Counted from the first letter of the stretch, positions 8,834 to 18,872 are shown. The stretch is 64,000 nt of DNA from Myxococcota bacterium (GCA_963676915.2 CAXXVK010000074.1:24270-88269); one strand, 5' to 3'. Numbers and translations are program-made. Notes: generated by a model not told the origin, from the sequence alone.

Positions 8834-9508
8834 TCACTTTTTCTCTTCTTTGGGTGCTTCTGCAGCTTCGGCGACTTCCTCTTCGGGAGCGGGTTGTTGC
8901 GGAGCTTCGATTTCGGGTTTCTTCCACTGGTCCACTACGCCGTCACCGTCCAGATCGATGCCGATACGCTTGATCTGCTCGCCTCCGAGGTATTCTTCCC
9001 AGTAGTTTACTTTGCCGTCGCCGTTGGTATCGGCTTCCTTGCGGATCAACATTCCCTTGGAATAGAACTTGAAGACATCCGGCTTTTCGTCGAACTGGTT
9101 GTCGATTTCCTGGCGGATCATCGCGCCTTTGGAAAAGTAATCGACCATATCGATTTTTCCGTCATAATCCAGGTCGAACGATTCCTGGGTTACGTCGCCC
9201 TTGATGCCGTACATCGTCCAGACATCCACTTTACCATCGGCGTTCAGATCGAGTTCCCGCTTGACCAGTACCGGTTCTTTGGTGCTCGGATTCAAGGTGT
9301 TGGGATCGAAAAACTTGAACATATCCGGTTGCTTGTCGTGGTTCATGTCGAACTCGCGAATCGTAAGATTTCCCGGGTCCGAATGCTCGACGCGCACGGC
9401 TTCCTTGACTTTGATCGTGTCAGGCTTCTGAACGACTTTCTTTTCGGCGCAGGCCATGAAGGCAAACAGAACGGCTATTCCGATTCCCATACGGAGCAGA
9501 CCCTTCAT
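8834..9508 (-). CDS. Lipoprotein with six Dx[DN]xDG-like repeats (putative Ca-binding)
   Basis: Lipobox FMAC; repeats DMNHDKQPD, DLNADGKVD, DLDYDGKID, DNQFDEKPD, DTNGDGKVN, DLDGDGVVD. Confidence 0.8.
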   Translation of the reverse strand: MKGLLRMGIGIAVLFAFMACAEKKVVQKPDTIKVKEAVRVEHSDPGNLTIREFDMNHDKQPDMFKFFDPNTLNPSTKEPVLVKRELDLNADGKVDVWTMYGIKGDVTQESFDLDYDGKIDMVDYFSKGAMIRQEIDNQFDEKPDVFKFYSKGMLIRKEADTNGDGKVNYWEEYLGGEQIKRIGIDLDGDGVVDQWKKPEIEAPQQPAPEEEVAEAAEAPKEEKK

Positions 9509-9693
9509 AAGTCTTTCCTTTCCAACGTGATCCTCAAAAAGAAACGATACGCATGATTGTGGAAATCATACACCGAATCACTCCCGAATTGCAACGCTTA
9601 TCGTTTTCTTTCTCTAATTATGGGCGCGATTTCTTGTAGAAAAAATCACAAGTCGGGTGGTTTTTGCCTAAATAATTCGTATGTTTCAACTGA

Positions 9694-10905
9694 CTAATCA
9701 CGTTCTAAATAATAGATTTCATTGGGGAATTTGCAGAGACTTTCGCAGCCGTTCTCGGTCACAACAAAGGTACTCTCCGCGCCGACCGGACCGACTGTAG
9801 GTAAAAACGCCTTCGGTTCGATGGCGATGACCATGTTTTTCTTCAACTCGATGTCCACTTTGTTCGCGATCACCGGAAGTTCGTCCAATTCTATGCCGAC
9901 CCCGTGTCCGAAGAATTTCACCCGGTTTTCGCCGTATCCCAAGAATCCTTCCGGTTCACCACGTTCGGCGGCTTTGGCTGCAACATCATTGAAAATCTCC
10001 GAACAAATCGCTCCTGGTTTGGCCTGCTCTGCCACGGCCAGCATGGTGTGTACGCAGAAATCATGGGCTTGCACCACGAATTCCGGTGCTTTTTTCCCTG
10101 CATAAAACGTACGGGCGTTATCGGCGTTGTAGCCGTTCCAGTTGCTCACCATGTCGAGCATCAGGGTTTCGTCCTTCTCGAAACGCTTGATTCCCGCCCC
10201 CATCGCCGACGCCGGAGAGGGACCGATGCTGCCGATAGGACCGTTGAAGTTCGTCGGAGCACAGGCGGCTTTACCGCTGGACACCGTGATGATCGCCATT
10301 TCCTGTCCCGGCTTGCGAAGGCGAATGGTTCCACCATGGCCTTTGGTGCGCAGAAAACGTTCGACATCGGCAGAAATCTCCAGCTCCGAGCGACCGGGTT
10401 TGGCGATTTGCTCCAACAATGTGAATGTTTCTTCGGCATGTCCGGCGGCGGTGCGGATTTGCTCCAACTCCCAATTGCTTTTCACTGCTCGTTGCATTCG
10501 AATCGTGAAGGAAATGTCTTTGATCTGGGGATTGCCGAGTTTGTGAACCAGGTACAGGTATTCTTTGGCGGGAACGACATCCAGCGAAAGTCCCAACTGG
10601 CCGTTTCCTTTCAGCAATTTTTCCACTTCAGCCAAGAGCGGTTTTCGTCCCGCAAAAGGCAACACGGCAAGAGGCGATTCCTTGGCGGCGCGTTCCCGGC
10701 TTTTTCGTACGAAATACAGCGGCTGTCCCACCGCCGGGACCAACAGCACCGCGTCTTGAATCGAGCCGGTAAAATACAGAAGGTCGTTGGCGTGCTCGAT
10801 CCACGCTACGGCGACATCCATGGCGTCCAGCGATTGTTGAAAAGCGGCCAGTCGTTGTTCGATTTCGTTTTTAGGAACGTACAAGCTTGCGTGATTGGTA
10901 AACAT
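9694..10905 (-). CDS. Xaa-Pro aminopeptidase family (M24) protein
   Basis: Creatinase-like N-domain (LLYFTGS); metal ligands LDM..GYNADNART, GHGVG, AIEPK, GAES; RBS AAGGAG before ATG 10905. Confidence 0.88.
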   Translation of the reverse strand: MFTNHASLYVPKNEIEQRLAAFQQSLDAMDVAVAWIEHANDLLYFTGSIQDAVLLVPAVGQPLYFVRKSRERAAKESPLAVLPFAGRKPLLAEVEKLLKGNGQLGLSLDVVPAKEYLYLVHKLGNPQIKDISFTIRMQRAVKSNWELEQIRTAAGHAEETFTLLEQIAKPGRSELEISADVERFLRTKGHGGTIRLRKPGQEMAIITVSSGKAACAPTNFNGPIGSIGPSPASAMGAGIKRFEKDETLMLDMVSNWNGYNADNARTFYAGKKAPEFVVQAHDFCVHTMLAVAEQAKPGAICSEIFNDVAAKAAERGEPEGFLGYGENRVKFFGHGVGIELDELPVIANKVDIELKKNMVIAIEPKAFLPTVGPVGAESTFVVTENGCESLCKFPNEIYYLERD

Positions 10906-10972
10906 CGGCACTCCTTGAGTGAACATTCATCGATGAAAATTGGCAGCCATTCTCATTTTTTTCGTAGAAACA

Positions 10973-12199
10973 TTATTTTCGCGAAACCAGGGCATTGGCT
11001 TCCCGGTGAATGGCTTCGATCACTTCGTTGGTATACTCGCGAATAAATCCTTTCAAATCACGTTCGACCTGCCGCCGCCGCGTGAGATCCAACTCAGGAA
11101 GGATATGTTCGACGAAATCCGGCACTTTGTCGTAAATGTAGCGTTCGTGCCGGGATTGCGCGTCTTCAAGCAACGGAGCCAAGGGACGTTCGGCACAGAA
11201 AGCGGAGAATTCCTCGATACCCTGCTCCACGATGTTCAGGGCTTTTTGTTCGCTTTCATCATCCAGTTTCTGCGATTTGGCCGTAAAAAGGCGGTCCAAG
11301 CCGTCGTAATGGAGATCTTTCCAGGGGTCGTCTTTCGTTCCTTCCACCTGGGCCGGAATCCCCAGATCGAGGATATCCAGCCGCCCTTTTCCTTTCCAAT
11401 GGGCGAATTCTTCCATGGAAAACAAAGGTTTCAGCGCTCCAGTGGCCAGGACCAGCGCGTCGGCTTCTTCCACGACTTCTTCGATTTTCGAAAGCGGCAC
11501 GATGGCGTGGGTGTCCGCCCATACCGTTCGGTTGACTCGAATCAGGCGATAGGGCGTGTGACTTTCCAAAAGTGCCGCCGTTTTGCGTCCGATTTCTCCC
11601 ATGCCGATTACGGCTATGGTTTTTCGTTCGTCCCGGAAACGGTCCACGAAGTAATCGAGCGTCAGGCCGTGCACGCCTCTGCGCAAACCGCCTTGAATTC
11701 CGGCCCGATAGGCCTCACGGGTGACCCGTCCGACGGTGCGCGCCAGCCCGTTGAGAATGGTGGAAATCGTACCGTTTTTGCGCGATTGTTCGATGCTGGC
11801 GTTGAGTTGCCCGGCAATCTGTGCTTCGCCGGTCACGAAAGATTCGAGTCCAACGGCGACACGCAAAATATGTTCGACCGCATCGGTCCCGGTGAAAGAG
11901 TAAGGTTTCGGTGTTTTATCGAAATGATTTTTCTGCCAGCGCCCGATCATCTGGGCTTCCAGCAGTTGCACCGCCCATTGAGGTTGTTCCGAACTGACGA
12001 TCCACTCATTGCGGTTGCAGGTATCGAGGAACGCGATGCCATCTGCCTGTTTGCTCTGAATCAGAGAATGGGCCATCCGTTGACGCTCTTCCGGGTCAAG
12101 CACCAGAGCCGAACGCCAGGCGCTGGAGGCAACCCGAAAATCGCAACCGACCACGGCGATAGGGAGTGTCGTTTCCATTTGTGGCTGATCCATCGACAT
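10973..12199 (-). CDS. hemA: Glutamyl-tRNA reductase
   Basis: LDTCNRNE, HILRVAVGLESFVTGEAQIAGQ, GMGEIG, DLGIP. Confidence 0.88.
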   Translation of the reverse strand: MSMDQPQMETTLPIAVVGCDFRVASSAWRSALVLDPEERQRMAHSLIQSKQADGIAFLDTCNRNEWIVSSEQPQWAVQLLEAQMIGRWQKNHFDKTPKPYSFTGTDAVEHILRVAVGLESFVTGEAQIAGQLNASIEQSRKNGTISTILNGLARTVGRVTREAYRAGIQGGLRRGVHGLTLDYFVDRFRDERKTIAVIGMGEIGRKTAALLESHTPYRLIRVNRTVWADTHAIVPLSKIEEVVEEADALVLATGALKPLFSMEEFAHWKGKGRLDILDLGIPAQVEGTKDDPWKDLHYDGLDRLFTAKSQKLDDESEQKALNIVEQGIEEFSAFCAERPLAPLLEDAQSRHERYIYDKVPDFVEHILPELDLTRRRQVERDLKGFIREYTNEVIEAIHREANALVSRK

Positions 12200-12203
12200 C
12201 TTC

Positions 12204-13580
12204 TTACTGCCCGATTTCCCGTAGTTTGTGTTCGACCTGACTTGCGGCCAGGTAGCCGCTACTCACGGCATGGTCCACGCCGACACCGGTTAAGTAATTC
12301 CCTGCAAATACGAGAGGTTTGAAGGTGCTTGAAAGCGCCATCAGCGTTTCGATGCGCTCCGGGTGATCCGGCAGCAGTTGAGGAATGGCCGACGGATGGC
12401 GCAGAATCCTGATGAAATCGCCCGCAGGTTGGTCGTAAAGCGTCTGCTGATCCTCGAAGGCGATACGCACGATGTCTTCGTCGCCGAGTTCCATCGCTTC
12501 TTTGTCGAACATGCCTCCGATGAACGATGTCGCCAGCCAGCGATTTTCGGGAGCGCGTCCCGCATACAGGTTGGACATGAACACCGTTCCCAGCGTGCGG
12601 ATGTCGTAATGCCTCGGAATCAGACAGCCAAAGCCTTCGGGGAAAGCTCGACGCTCGTTGGTGCCACCGAAATGCACCACAACCATCGGAGCCATGGGAA
12701 TACCGCCCAGAATCTCGCCGAAACGGGAGTCGATAGGCTGCAACAGGCGTGCAGAGGTATCGGGAGGTGTCGCCATTACCAGCACTTTGCAGCGATACCG
12801 ATCGGAACCGGCGAGAAGGCTGTAGCCATCCTCCGTGCTTTCGATGGAATCCACCGAAACGTTGGTGCGGACATCTTCGCCGAGCGATTCTTTTTGCAGG
12901 GTTTCGGCAAGAACGCCAAGACCCTCCACGAAACTGAACAACCCTTTGCGGGTTTTCTGTGTGGGATTCGCTTTTTTCTTGGCTTTCATGTGGCGCATGG
13001 CACCCTTGATCATGCTTCCGGCCTCGTTTTCGAAATTCCAGAATTTCGGAAACGCCGCCCGTGCGCCGAGTTGCTCGGGATCTCCCCCGTAAATACCTGA
13101 AATGAAAGGTCCGGCGAGATAGCGAACCGCTTCTTCTCCGAAACGGCGAGTAAAAAATTCTTCCGCCGATTCATCGGGTTGTGCGCCGGATTTGCGGAAA
13201 GGCTCTTGCATCAGTCGCCATTTCGCTCCCATGCTCAACAGCGGGGTGGTGAGGAAACTCCAAGCACTCATGGGCAAGGGATGAAGTTTGTTCTTGCGGT
13301 AGACGTAGCGCTTGTTCGACTCCGGGGAAGCGGAAATAACCTTACCTCCAAGTCCCAGATCTCCGATCAGTTGCCAGACGTTTTCCGCGAATCCGGGCCA
13401 GGAATGCGGGCCTTGTTCGAGCAGATAGCCGTCTTCGTGCTGTGTCCGAAGATTTCCGCCCGGTGTGGATTCCCGTTCGAGGACCAATACGTCGTGGCCG
13501 TTGCGTTTCAGTCTCCAGGCAGCGGTCAGTCCTGAAATGCCGCCACCGACAACGATGATGTCTGCTTGATGTTCGCTCAT
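12204..13580 (-). CDS. hemY: Protoporphyrinogen/coproporphyrinogen oxidase (HemY-type flavoprotein)
   Basis: GGGISGLTAA, EQGPHS, PFISGIYGGDPEQL, GFGCLIP, AIPQ, AGNYLTGVGV. Confidence 0.92.
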   Translation of the reverse strand: MSEHQADIIVVGGGISGLTAAWRLKRNGHDVLVLERESTPGGNLRTQHEDGYLLEQGPHSWPGFAENVWQLIGDLGLGGKVISASPESNKRYVYRKNKLHPLPMSAWSFLTTPLLSMGAKWRLMQEPFRKSGAQPDESAEEFFTRRFGEEAVRYLAGPFISGIYGGDPEQLGARAAFPKFWNFENEAGSMIKGAMRHMKAKKKANPTQKTRKGLFSFVEGLGVLAETLQKESLGEDVRTNVSVDSIESTEDGYSLLAGSDRYRCKVLVMATPPDTSARLLQPIDSRFGEILGGIPMAPMVVVHFGGTNERRAFPEGFGCLIPRHYDIRTLGTVFMSNLYAGRAPENRWLATSFIGGMFDKEAMELGDEDIVRIAFEDQQTLYDQPAGDFIRILRHPSAIPQLLPDHPERIETLMALSSTFKPLVFAGNYLTGVGVDHAVSSGYLAASQVEHKLREIGQ

Positions 13581-14584
13581 GCTTTTCTAAATACTCTGCT
13601 GGCCGTTTCCACCGCCATGGCGGCCAGAGCTTCGATGAAAAACGGGTCGTCTCCGACGGCGGAGACCCGCAACACGGTTTCGATTCCCGACTCTATTGCA
13701 AGATCCGTAGCTTTCAGGTCGAGATCGTAAATGGTTTCGAGATGTTCACTGACGAAACTGATGGGGAACAGAATCAGCGTTTTCACGCCTTCTGCGCCAA
13801 GTCGCTTGATTTCGTCGTCGAGGTACGGTTGGGTCCACTTTGCAGGACCGAAACGACTCTGCCAGGCCAGCGAAGCCTTTTTAATTTCCGGCAGGCGCGC
13901 TCGGACCGCTTGCATCGTGGCTTCGACGCGGTAAGGGTATTCGTCGCCACGTTTGACGTAAGATAGTGGGATGCCGTGCGCCGTGAACAGGACATAGGCG
14001 TTTTCCGGGTCGATTTCGGGGACATCGACCGTTTCCGCCCATTTCATGGCCAATCCCTCGATGAAGCCGGGATGCTCGGGGTAGTCCCGAATAAAGGCGA
14101 TGTTCAAGCCGAGGGTTTCGGCCGCACGTTCCAACTCGGCCATGGACGTGCCCACGGTGGTTCCCGATTCCTGCGGATACAGCGACAAGGCCACGATATT
14201 GCGGATACCCTGTTCCTTGAGTTTCCCCAACACGGTTTCGGCTTTGGGCTCGATGTAGCGGTAGACCGGTTCCACCTTGGCACCCAAAAGTCTTTCCATA
14301 GCGTAGCATTGTTTTCGAGTGTTGGCGGCCAGTGGCGAACCACCGATGGCCGAGTACCGTGGCTCTACTTTCTCAACACGTTTTCTCGAAACCTTTTTCG
14401 CGAAATATTTTTGGAAGAGAAAGCCCAAAGGCAGGCGAACCACCGCTGGATCGGAGAGTAATTCGTATAGAAACGGCTCGATTTGGTGCGACTTTTCAGG
14501 TGCTCCCATCGTAAAAGCCACAACGGCCGTATCGTCCGGCAGAACGAACATGAAATCGGTACGGACGGAGCGAAAGTTGGACAT
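13577..14584 (-). CDS. hemH: Ferrochelatase
   Basis: MGAP, YSAIGGSPL, LYPQES, FTAHGIP, WQSRFGPAKWTQP, FVSEHLETIYDLD. Confidence 0.93.
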   Translation of the reverse strand: MSNFRSVRTDFMFVLPDDTAVVAFTMGAPEKSHQIEPFLYELLSDPAVVRLPLGFLFQKYFAKKVSRKRVEKVEPRYSAIGGSPLAANTRKQCYAMERLLGAKVEPVYRYIEPKAETVLGKLKEQGIRNIVALSLYPQESGTTVGTSMAELERAAETLGLNIAFIRDYPEHPGFIEGLAMKWAETVDVPEIDPENAYVLFTAHGIPLSYVKRGDEYPYRVEATMQAVRARLPEIKKASLAWQSRFGPAKWTQPYLDDEIKRLGAEGVKTLILFPISFVSEHLETIYDLDLKATDLAIESGIETVLRVSAVGDDPFFIEALAAMAVETASRVFRKA

Positions 14585-14586
14585 GT

Positions 14587-15978
14587 TTACACCGTTTTGG
14601 AAAATTGAACGTTTTGCCGGTTCGCGCTTAAAAAACGATCGAACACCGTGCAAATGTTACGAATGAAAAAACGCCCCAGGGAATGAACGCGGATCTCCCG
14701 GTTGTCCCAATCCATCAGCGCATCGTTTCGGAAAACTTCCAGCTTTTGTTGTTCGTCGGAAAACGTTTTCCAGAAATCGATATCGAATGCGGCTTCGTAA
14801 CGGTCGATTTCCAAATGGAAATTGCAGAACAGATCGAGAATGATATCCCGTCGAAGCAGGTCTTCTTCCGTCATCAAGTAGCCGCGCATCCAGGGCACAG
14901 AGTCGGCGAGAGTCTTATCGTAAGGTTCGAGATCCTTGAGGTTTTGCGTATAGGTTCCATGCACCGAGGAAATCGCTGAAACGCCCAACGCCACGAGGTC
15001 GCGACCCCGCATCGTCGTATATCCCATAAAGTTGCGGTGCAACGTGCGCTTTTGCAGCGCTTGATACAAAGGATCGTCTTTTTTCGCGAAGTGATCCATG
15101 CCAACGGGCACGTAGTTTTTCTCCACGAATGCATCGAAGGCTTCGCCGAATACGGCGATTTTTTCTTCGTCGTTGGGAAGGCCGTATTTTTCCAGGGCTT
15201 TTTGATGCGGTTTGAGCGTCGGAAGGTGGGCGTAGCTGAACAGCGCGATACGTGACGGCTGAAAGTCCACGACTTGGGACGCCGTTTCGATCATGGTTTT
15301 GGCCGATTGTCCGGGAAGACCGAAAATCAGATCGAAATTGATGCTTTCGACTCCACGAGCACGCAGGAATTCCACCTGTTTTCCAATGGTTTCGGTTTCT
15401 TGCGGGCGCCCGACGTACTGCATCACCGTGGCGTTCAAATCCTGAATGCCGAAACTGAAGCGATTGAAACCAAGATCTACCAGCGCTCCGAGGTAGTTTT
15501 CGTCTACGCTGCGCGGATCGATTTCGATCGAACGTTCTCCGTTGGGATCGAAACCGAAGCGGTGGTCGATTTCTCGCACCAATCGTTGCATTTGTTCGAT
15601 GGGCAAAAAGGTTGGTGTTCCTCCGCCCATGGCCAACTGTTCGATGATCCGTCCGGGACCGATGGTGTCGGCGATGCGATCCATTTCCCGCAAGAGGTTG
15701 TCTACGTAACCTGTGGAAATCGCAGAATCCTGCCGGACGAAGGTGTGACAACCGCAGTAAAGACAACGTTTTTTACAAAACGGAACGTGAACGTACAGGG
15801 AGATGGGATCTTCGCTGGACCAACCTTCGATCCACCGTCGACGGGCTTCGTCACGGTCGAATGTCTCGGTGAAGTTCGGAGCCGTCGGATAGCTGGTGTA
15901 ACGTGGCGCTCGTGTCGAATAGGTTTCCCAGTACCTTTTTGGAACGCTTTTGGGGGAAACGAACGTTTCGGATGTCAT
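14587..15978 (-). CDS. hemN: Oxygen-independent coproporphyrinogen III dehydrogenase (radical SAM)
   Basis: PRYTSYPTAP, LYVHVPFCKKRCLYCGC, GGGTPTF, GMDHFA, LHRNFMGYT. Confidence 0.95.
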   Translation of the reverse strand: MTSETFVSPKSVPKRYWETYSTRAPRYTSYPTAPNFTETFDRDEARRRWIEGWSSEDPISLYVHVPFCKKRCLYCGCHTFVRQDSAISTGYVDNLLREMDRIADTIGPGRIIEQLAMGGGTPTFLPIEQMQRLVREIDHRFGFDPNGERSIEIDPRSVDENYLGALVDLGFNRFSFGIQDLNATVMQYVGRPQETETIGKQVEFLRARGVESINFDLIFGLPGQSAKTMIETASQVVDFQPSRIALFSYAHLPTLKPHQKALEKYGLPNDEEKIAVFGEAFDAFVEKNYVPVGMDHFAKKDDPLYQALQKRTLHRNFMGYTTMRGRDLVALGVSAISSVHGTYTQNLKDLEPYDKTLADSVPWMRGYLMTEEDLLRRDIILDLFCNFHLEIDRYEAAFDIDFWKTFSDEQQKLEVFRNDALMDWDNREIRVHSLGRFFIRNICTVFDRFLSANRQNVQFSKTV

Positions 15979-17010
15979 TTATGCCTCGTTGCTCAGATTT
16001 TGAACGGCGTTGACCAGTGTTTCCACCGCATCAAGTGGAGTATCGGGACGAATGCCGTGACCCAGGTTGAAAATGTGTCCTATCCCACCGGTTTCGTTAT
16101 GGATTCTGGATACTTCCGCTTGAATGCGTTCCTTGGGACCGTACAGAACCGCCGGATCGAGATTCCCTTGCAAAGCGAAATCGTCCCCGACTCTTTGGCG
16201 TACTTGTGAGAGATTCTGCCGCCAGTCGATACCTAGCACGTCGGCACCGCTTTCTGCCATAAGTTCCAGAACGCCGGAACCGTCCTTGACGAAAAGAATC
16301 AACGGGACTCCGAGCGGTTTCAAGGCTTTGAAAATCTTTTGGTGATAGGGATGAACCAGTTCCCGGTAATCGCTGGGTTGCAGTTGTCCAGCCCAAGTGT
16401 CGAACAATTGCACTGCGGCGGCTCCCGAACGAATTTGCAGACGCAGCAGATCGATGACTACACGGGTAAGGCGCTCCATCAATCCATGATAAAATTCCGG
16501 ATCTCGATAGGCTTTGACGCGAAGTGCGAAATGGTGGTCCCAGTCGTTTTTTTTCAGCATGTAACAGGCCAGAGTGAAAGGCGCTCCGGCGAATCCGAGG
16601 ATAGGGGTTTCGTTGTTTGATTTTTCGCTAACGATTTCAATGGCTTCCCCGATAAACGACAGGGATTCGGAAGCCTCGACATCTTGGAGTTTCCGAAGGT
16701 CGTCGAGGGTTTGCAGACCCGGTTCGAGCAGTGGACCGCCTTTGGGAAAACTTAATGTCATTCCCATGGCTTCCGGAACGATGAGAATGTCCGAAAAAAT
16801 GATTCCCGCATCGAATCCGAAACGTCGCAAAGGCTGCAACGTGGCTTCTGCCGCTAATTCGGGAGTATGACAGACCTCGACGAAATCGTGCTTTTCTCTC
16901 AGTTCGAGATATTCCGGCAGGTAGCGTCCCGCTTGTCTCATAATCCAGAGCGGCGGACGATCCACCGGTTTGCTGTGGCAGGCGGATTGGAATCTCGTAA
17001 TGCGGTCCAT
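15979..17010 (-). CDS. hemE: Uroporphyrinogen decarboxylase
   Basis: WIMRQAGRYLPEY, IIFSDIL, GFAGAPFTLACY, QGNLDP, IFNLGHGI. Confidence 0.97.
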   Translation of the reverse strand: MDRITRFQSACHSKPVDRPPLWIMRQAGRYLPEYLELREKHDFVEVCHTPELAAEATLQPLRRFGFDAGIIFSDILIVPEAMGMTLSFPKGGPLLEPGLQTLDDLRKLQDVEASESLSFIGEAIEIVSEKSNNETPILGFAGAPFTLACYMLKKNDWDHHFALRVKAYRDPEFYHGLMERLTRVVIDLLRLQIRSGAAAVQLFDTWAGQLQPSDYRELVHPYHQKIFKALKPLGVPLILFVKDGSGVLELMAESGADVLGIDWRQNLSQVRQRVGDDFALQGNLDPAVLYGPKERIQAEVSRIHNETGGIGHIFNLGHGIRPDTPLDAVETLVNAVQNLSNEA

Positions 17011-17145
17011 GGTTCTCCGTTCTTTTTATAACCTGCATCCAATGATTTGTCTGACAATGTAAGCCATGGGATTCAAATGACAAGGGATGAATATCACGAG
17101 TGAGTTTGATATGTCACGGTTTTGTCACCGATTTGTTGTTTGTTG

Positions 17146-17183
17146 AAAAAAAACGCCCAATACATCATGAAATGATTGGGCGA
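17146..17183 (-). terminator. Intrinsic terminator (probably the original cooC terminator)
   Basis: Minus strand CGCCCAAT...ATTGGGCG followed by a T run. Confidence 0.7.
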
Positions 17184-17244
17184 TGGAAGGTCATGTTGTG
17201 GAATCAAGGATGGGAAAAGCATCCACCAAGTTGGAAACTACCTA

Positions 17245-18111
17245 GGCAGTGTCGTCACGAGATATCAAGCCAGAGAGCGAGACATCTGATATGAACGGCT
17301 GCGAGGAAAGATGCCGCGTTTTTTGCGTATCGTGTAGCGATTCCTCGCCATCGTTTCAGTTTCAGAAAAGCGTTTTCGACCAGATGTCGAACACGATAAA
17401 GCTCTTTATCGTATGGTCGTTGAACTTTCCGATTCTTTTTCGGAGGAATGACTGCCACCATCTCCGCGTTTTCGGCTTTTTCAAGGATCACGTTCGTATC
17501 GTAGCCGCGATCAGCCAATAAATACTCGGCGTCGATTCCTTCGATCAATGCGCAAGCTTCCTTGCAATCTGCTCGGGTACCCTCTGTAACAATCGCTCGG
17601 ACTGGATTACCATGCGCATCCACGGCCAAATGTATCTTACTGTTGAGCCCCCTTTTGTACGGCCCATCGCTTGATTGCCACCCTTCGCTCCTGCGGCGTC
17701 AGGATGCACTTTGACGTGGCTGGCGTCGATCATCAACCATTCGTAGTCGGGATCGTCAATGAGGATCTCAAGCAATTTCTCCCAGATTCCCTTGTCGCGC
17801 CATCGGCAAAAACGACGGTTCGTGTTGTTCCAGCCACCGTAATCCGGGGGTAGGTCACGCCACGGCGCACCGGTACGCAGAATCCAGAAAACAGCATTGA
17901 TGAATCGTCGATTGTCTTCCGCCACGCCTCCCCACTCGCCGGAGCGTCCAGGTAGATGGGGTTCCAGGAGATTCCATACGTGATCGGAAATATCGTGACG
18001 ATGGTAGGCAGCTTCCATGGTAATTCCTCTCGATATATTCTAGTAAATAGAAATATATCGAGAAGCCGAGGATTTTGTCCAGATAAATCGTTTTCTCGTG
18101 TCGACACTGTC
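17245..18111 (-). mobile_element. IS5-family insertion sequence (IS427-group-like), 867 bp, TA duplication in a CTAG target
   Basis: Terminal IRs GGCAGTGTCGTCACGAGA (17245-17262) and TCTCGTGTCGACACTGTC (18094-18111), 16/18 match; TA at 17243-17244 and 18112-18113. Confidence 0.92.
17255..18018 (-). CDS. IS5-family transposase, two ORFs joined by a -1 frameshift at AAAAGGGGG (17656-17648)
   Basis: orfA WILRTGAPWRDLP..IDASHVKVH..GRTKG; the -1 frame continues GLNSKIHLAVDAHG..LADRGYD..RHLVENAFLKLKRWRGIATRY (DDE). Confidence 0.9.
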
Positions 18112-18863
18112 TAGAAAACGCTCTCAAGAATCTTGTTGACCGCGACCACGGAAGGCGAATCGTCCGGTAAATCCAGCAAGGAACGTTGTTCGAAATCATA
18201 GGTTTCGAGGTTTTGATCTGCGGGAATCTGTCCTACGATGGTCAGCCCCAGCTTTTCGACTTCTGCAAGGAAGGCCGGATCGAGCGTTTCGGGAGCGCGG
18301 TTGACGACCAGTCCTTTTTCTCCGATGTTCAAATCAAGACCATCGATCAATTCGTTGATCCGGCGCACGGCTCGCAGCCCGCGAAGTGCATGATCGGAAA
18401 CGAGAAGCAGGTAGTCGATTTTGTGGTTGGTGCGGCGGCTCAGGTGTTCCATGCCAGCTTCGTTGTCCACCACCATCGTTTTGTAGTTTTCCGCCAGCTC
18501 TTCGGAGTATTTTCGAAGAATGTTGTTGATGAAGCAGTAACAGCCCGGTCCTTCCTGGCGACCCATCACCAGCATATCGAAACCGGTGGATTCGAGAACG
18601 ACCTGATTCAACTGCATACTCAGATAAATCTCTTTTGACATACCGGCGGGAACTTCGCCCTTTTTCTGGAAAAAGTCCTCTCTCATTCCGCCGATGGTTC
18701 TGTCTACGTTGATTCCCAGGGATTCACCCAGATTGCTGTTGGGATCGGCATCGACGGCCAATACGGGTTTGTGGTTGCTCTGAATCAGGCTACGTACGGT
18801 CAGCGCCGAAATCGTGGTTTTTCCCGTTCCGCCTTTTCCTGCGACGGCGATAACTTTCGTCAT
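18111..18863 (-). CDS. cooC: CooC/AcsF nickel-insertion ATPase (CODH/ACS maturation)
   Basis: IAVAGKGGTGKTT, VDADPNSNL, GPGCYC, DNEAGMEHLSRRT. Confidence 0.9.
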   Translation of the reverse strand: MTKVIAVAGKGGTGKTTISALTVRSLIQSNHKPVLAVDADPNSNLGESLGINVDRTIGGMREDFFQKKGEVPAGMSKEIYLSMQLNQVVLESTGFDMLVMGRQEGPGCYCFINNILRKYSEELAENYKTMVVDNEAGMEHLSRRTNHKIDYLLLVSDHALRGLRAVRRINELIDGLDLNIGEKGLVVNRAPETLDPAFLAEVEKLGLTIVGQIPADQNLETYDFEQRSLLDLPDDSPSVVAVNKILESVF

Positions 18864-18872
18864 GGCTTTTCC

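Noticed and set aside
9634-9652. Rex-like palindrome TTGTAGA-AAAA-ATCACAA
   Set aside because: Three mismatches to TTGTGAA-N4-TTCACAA in AT-rich DNA, and not upstream of a redox gene.
10940-12322. 460-aa plus-strand ORF
   Set aside because: Antisense to hemA with no motifs.
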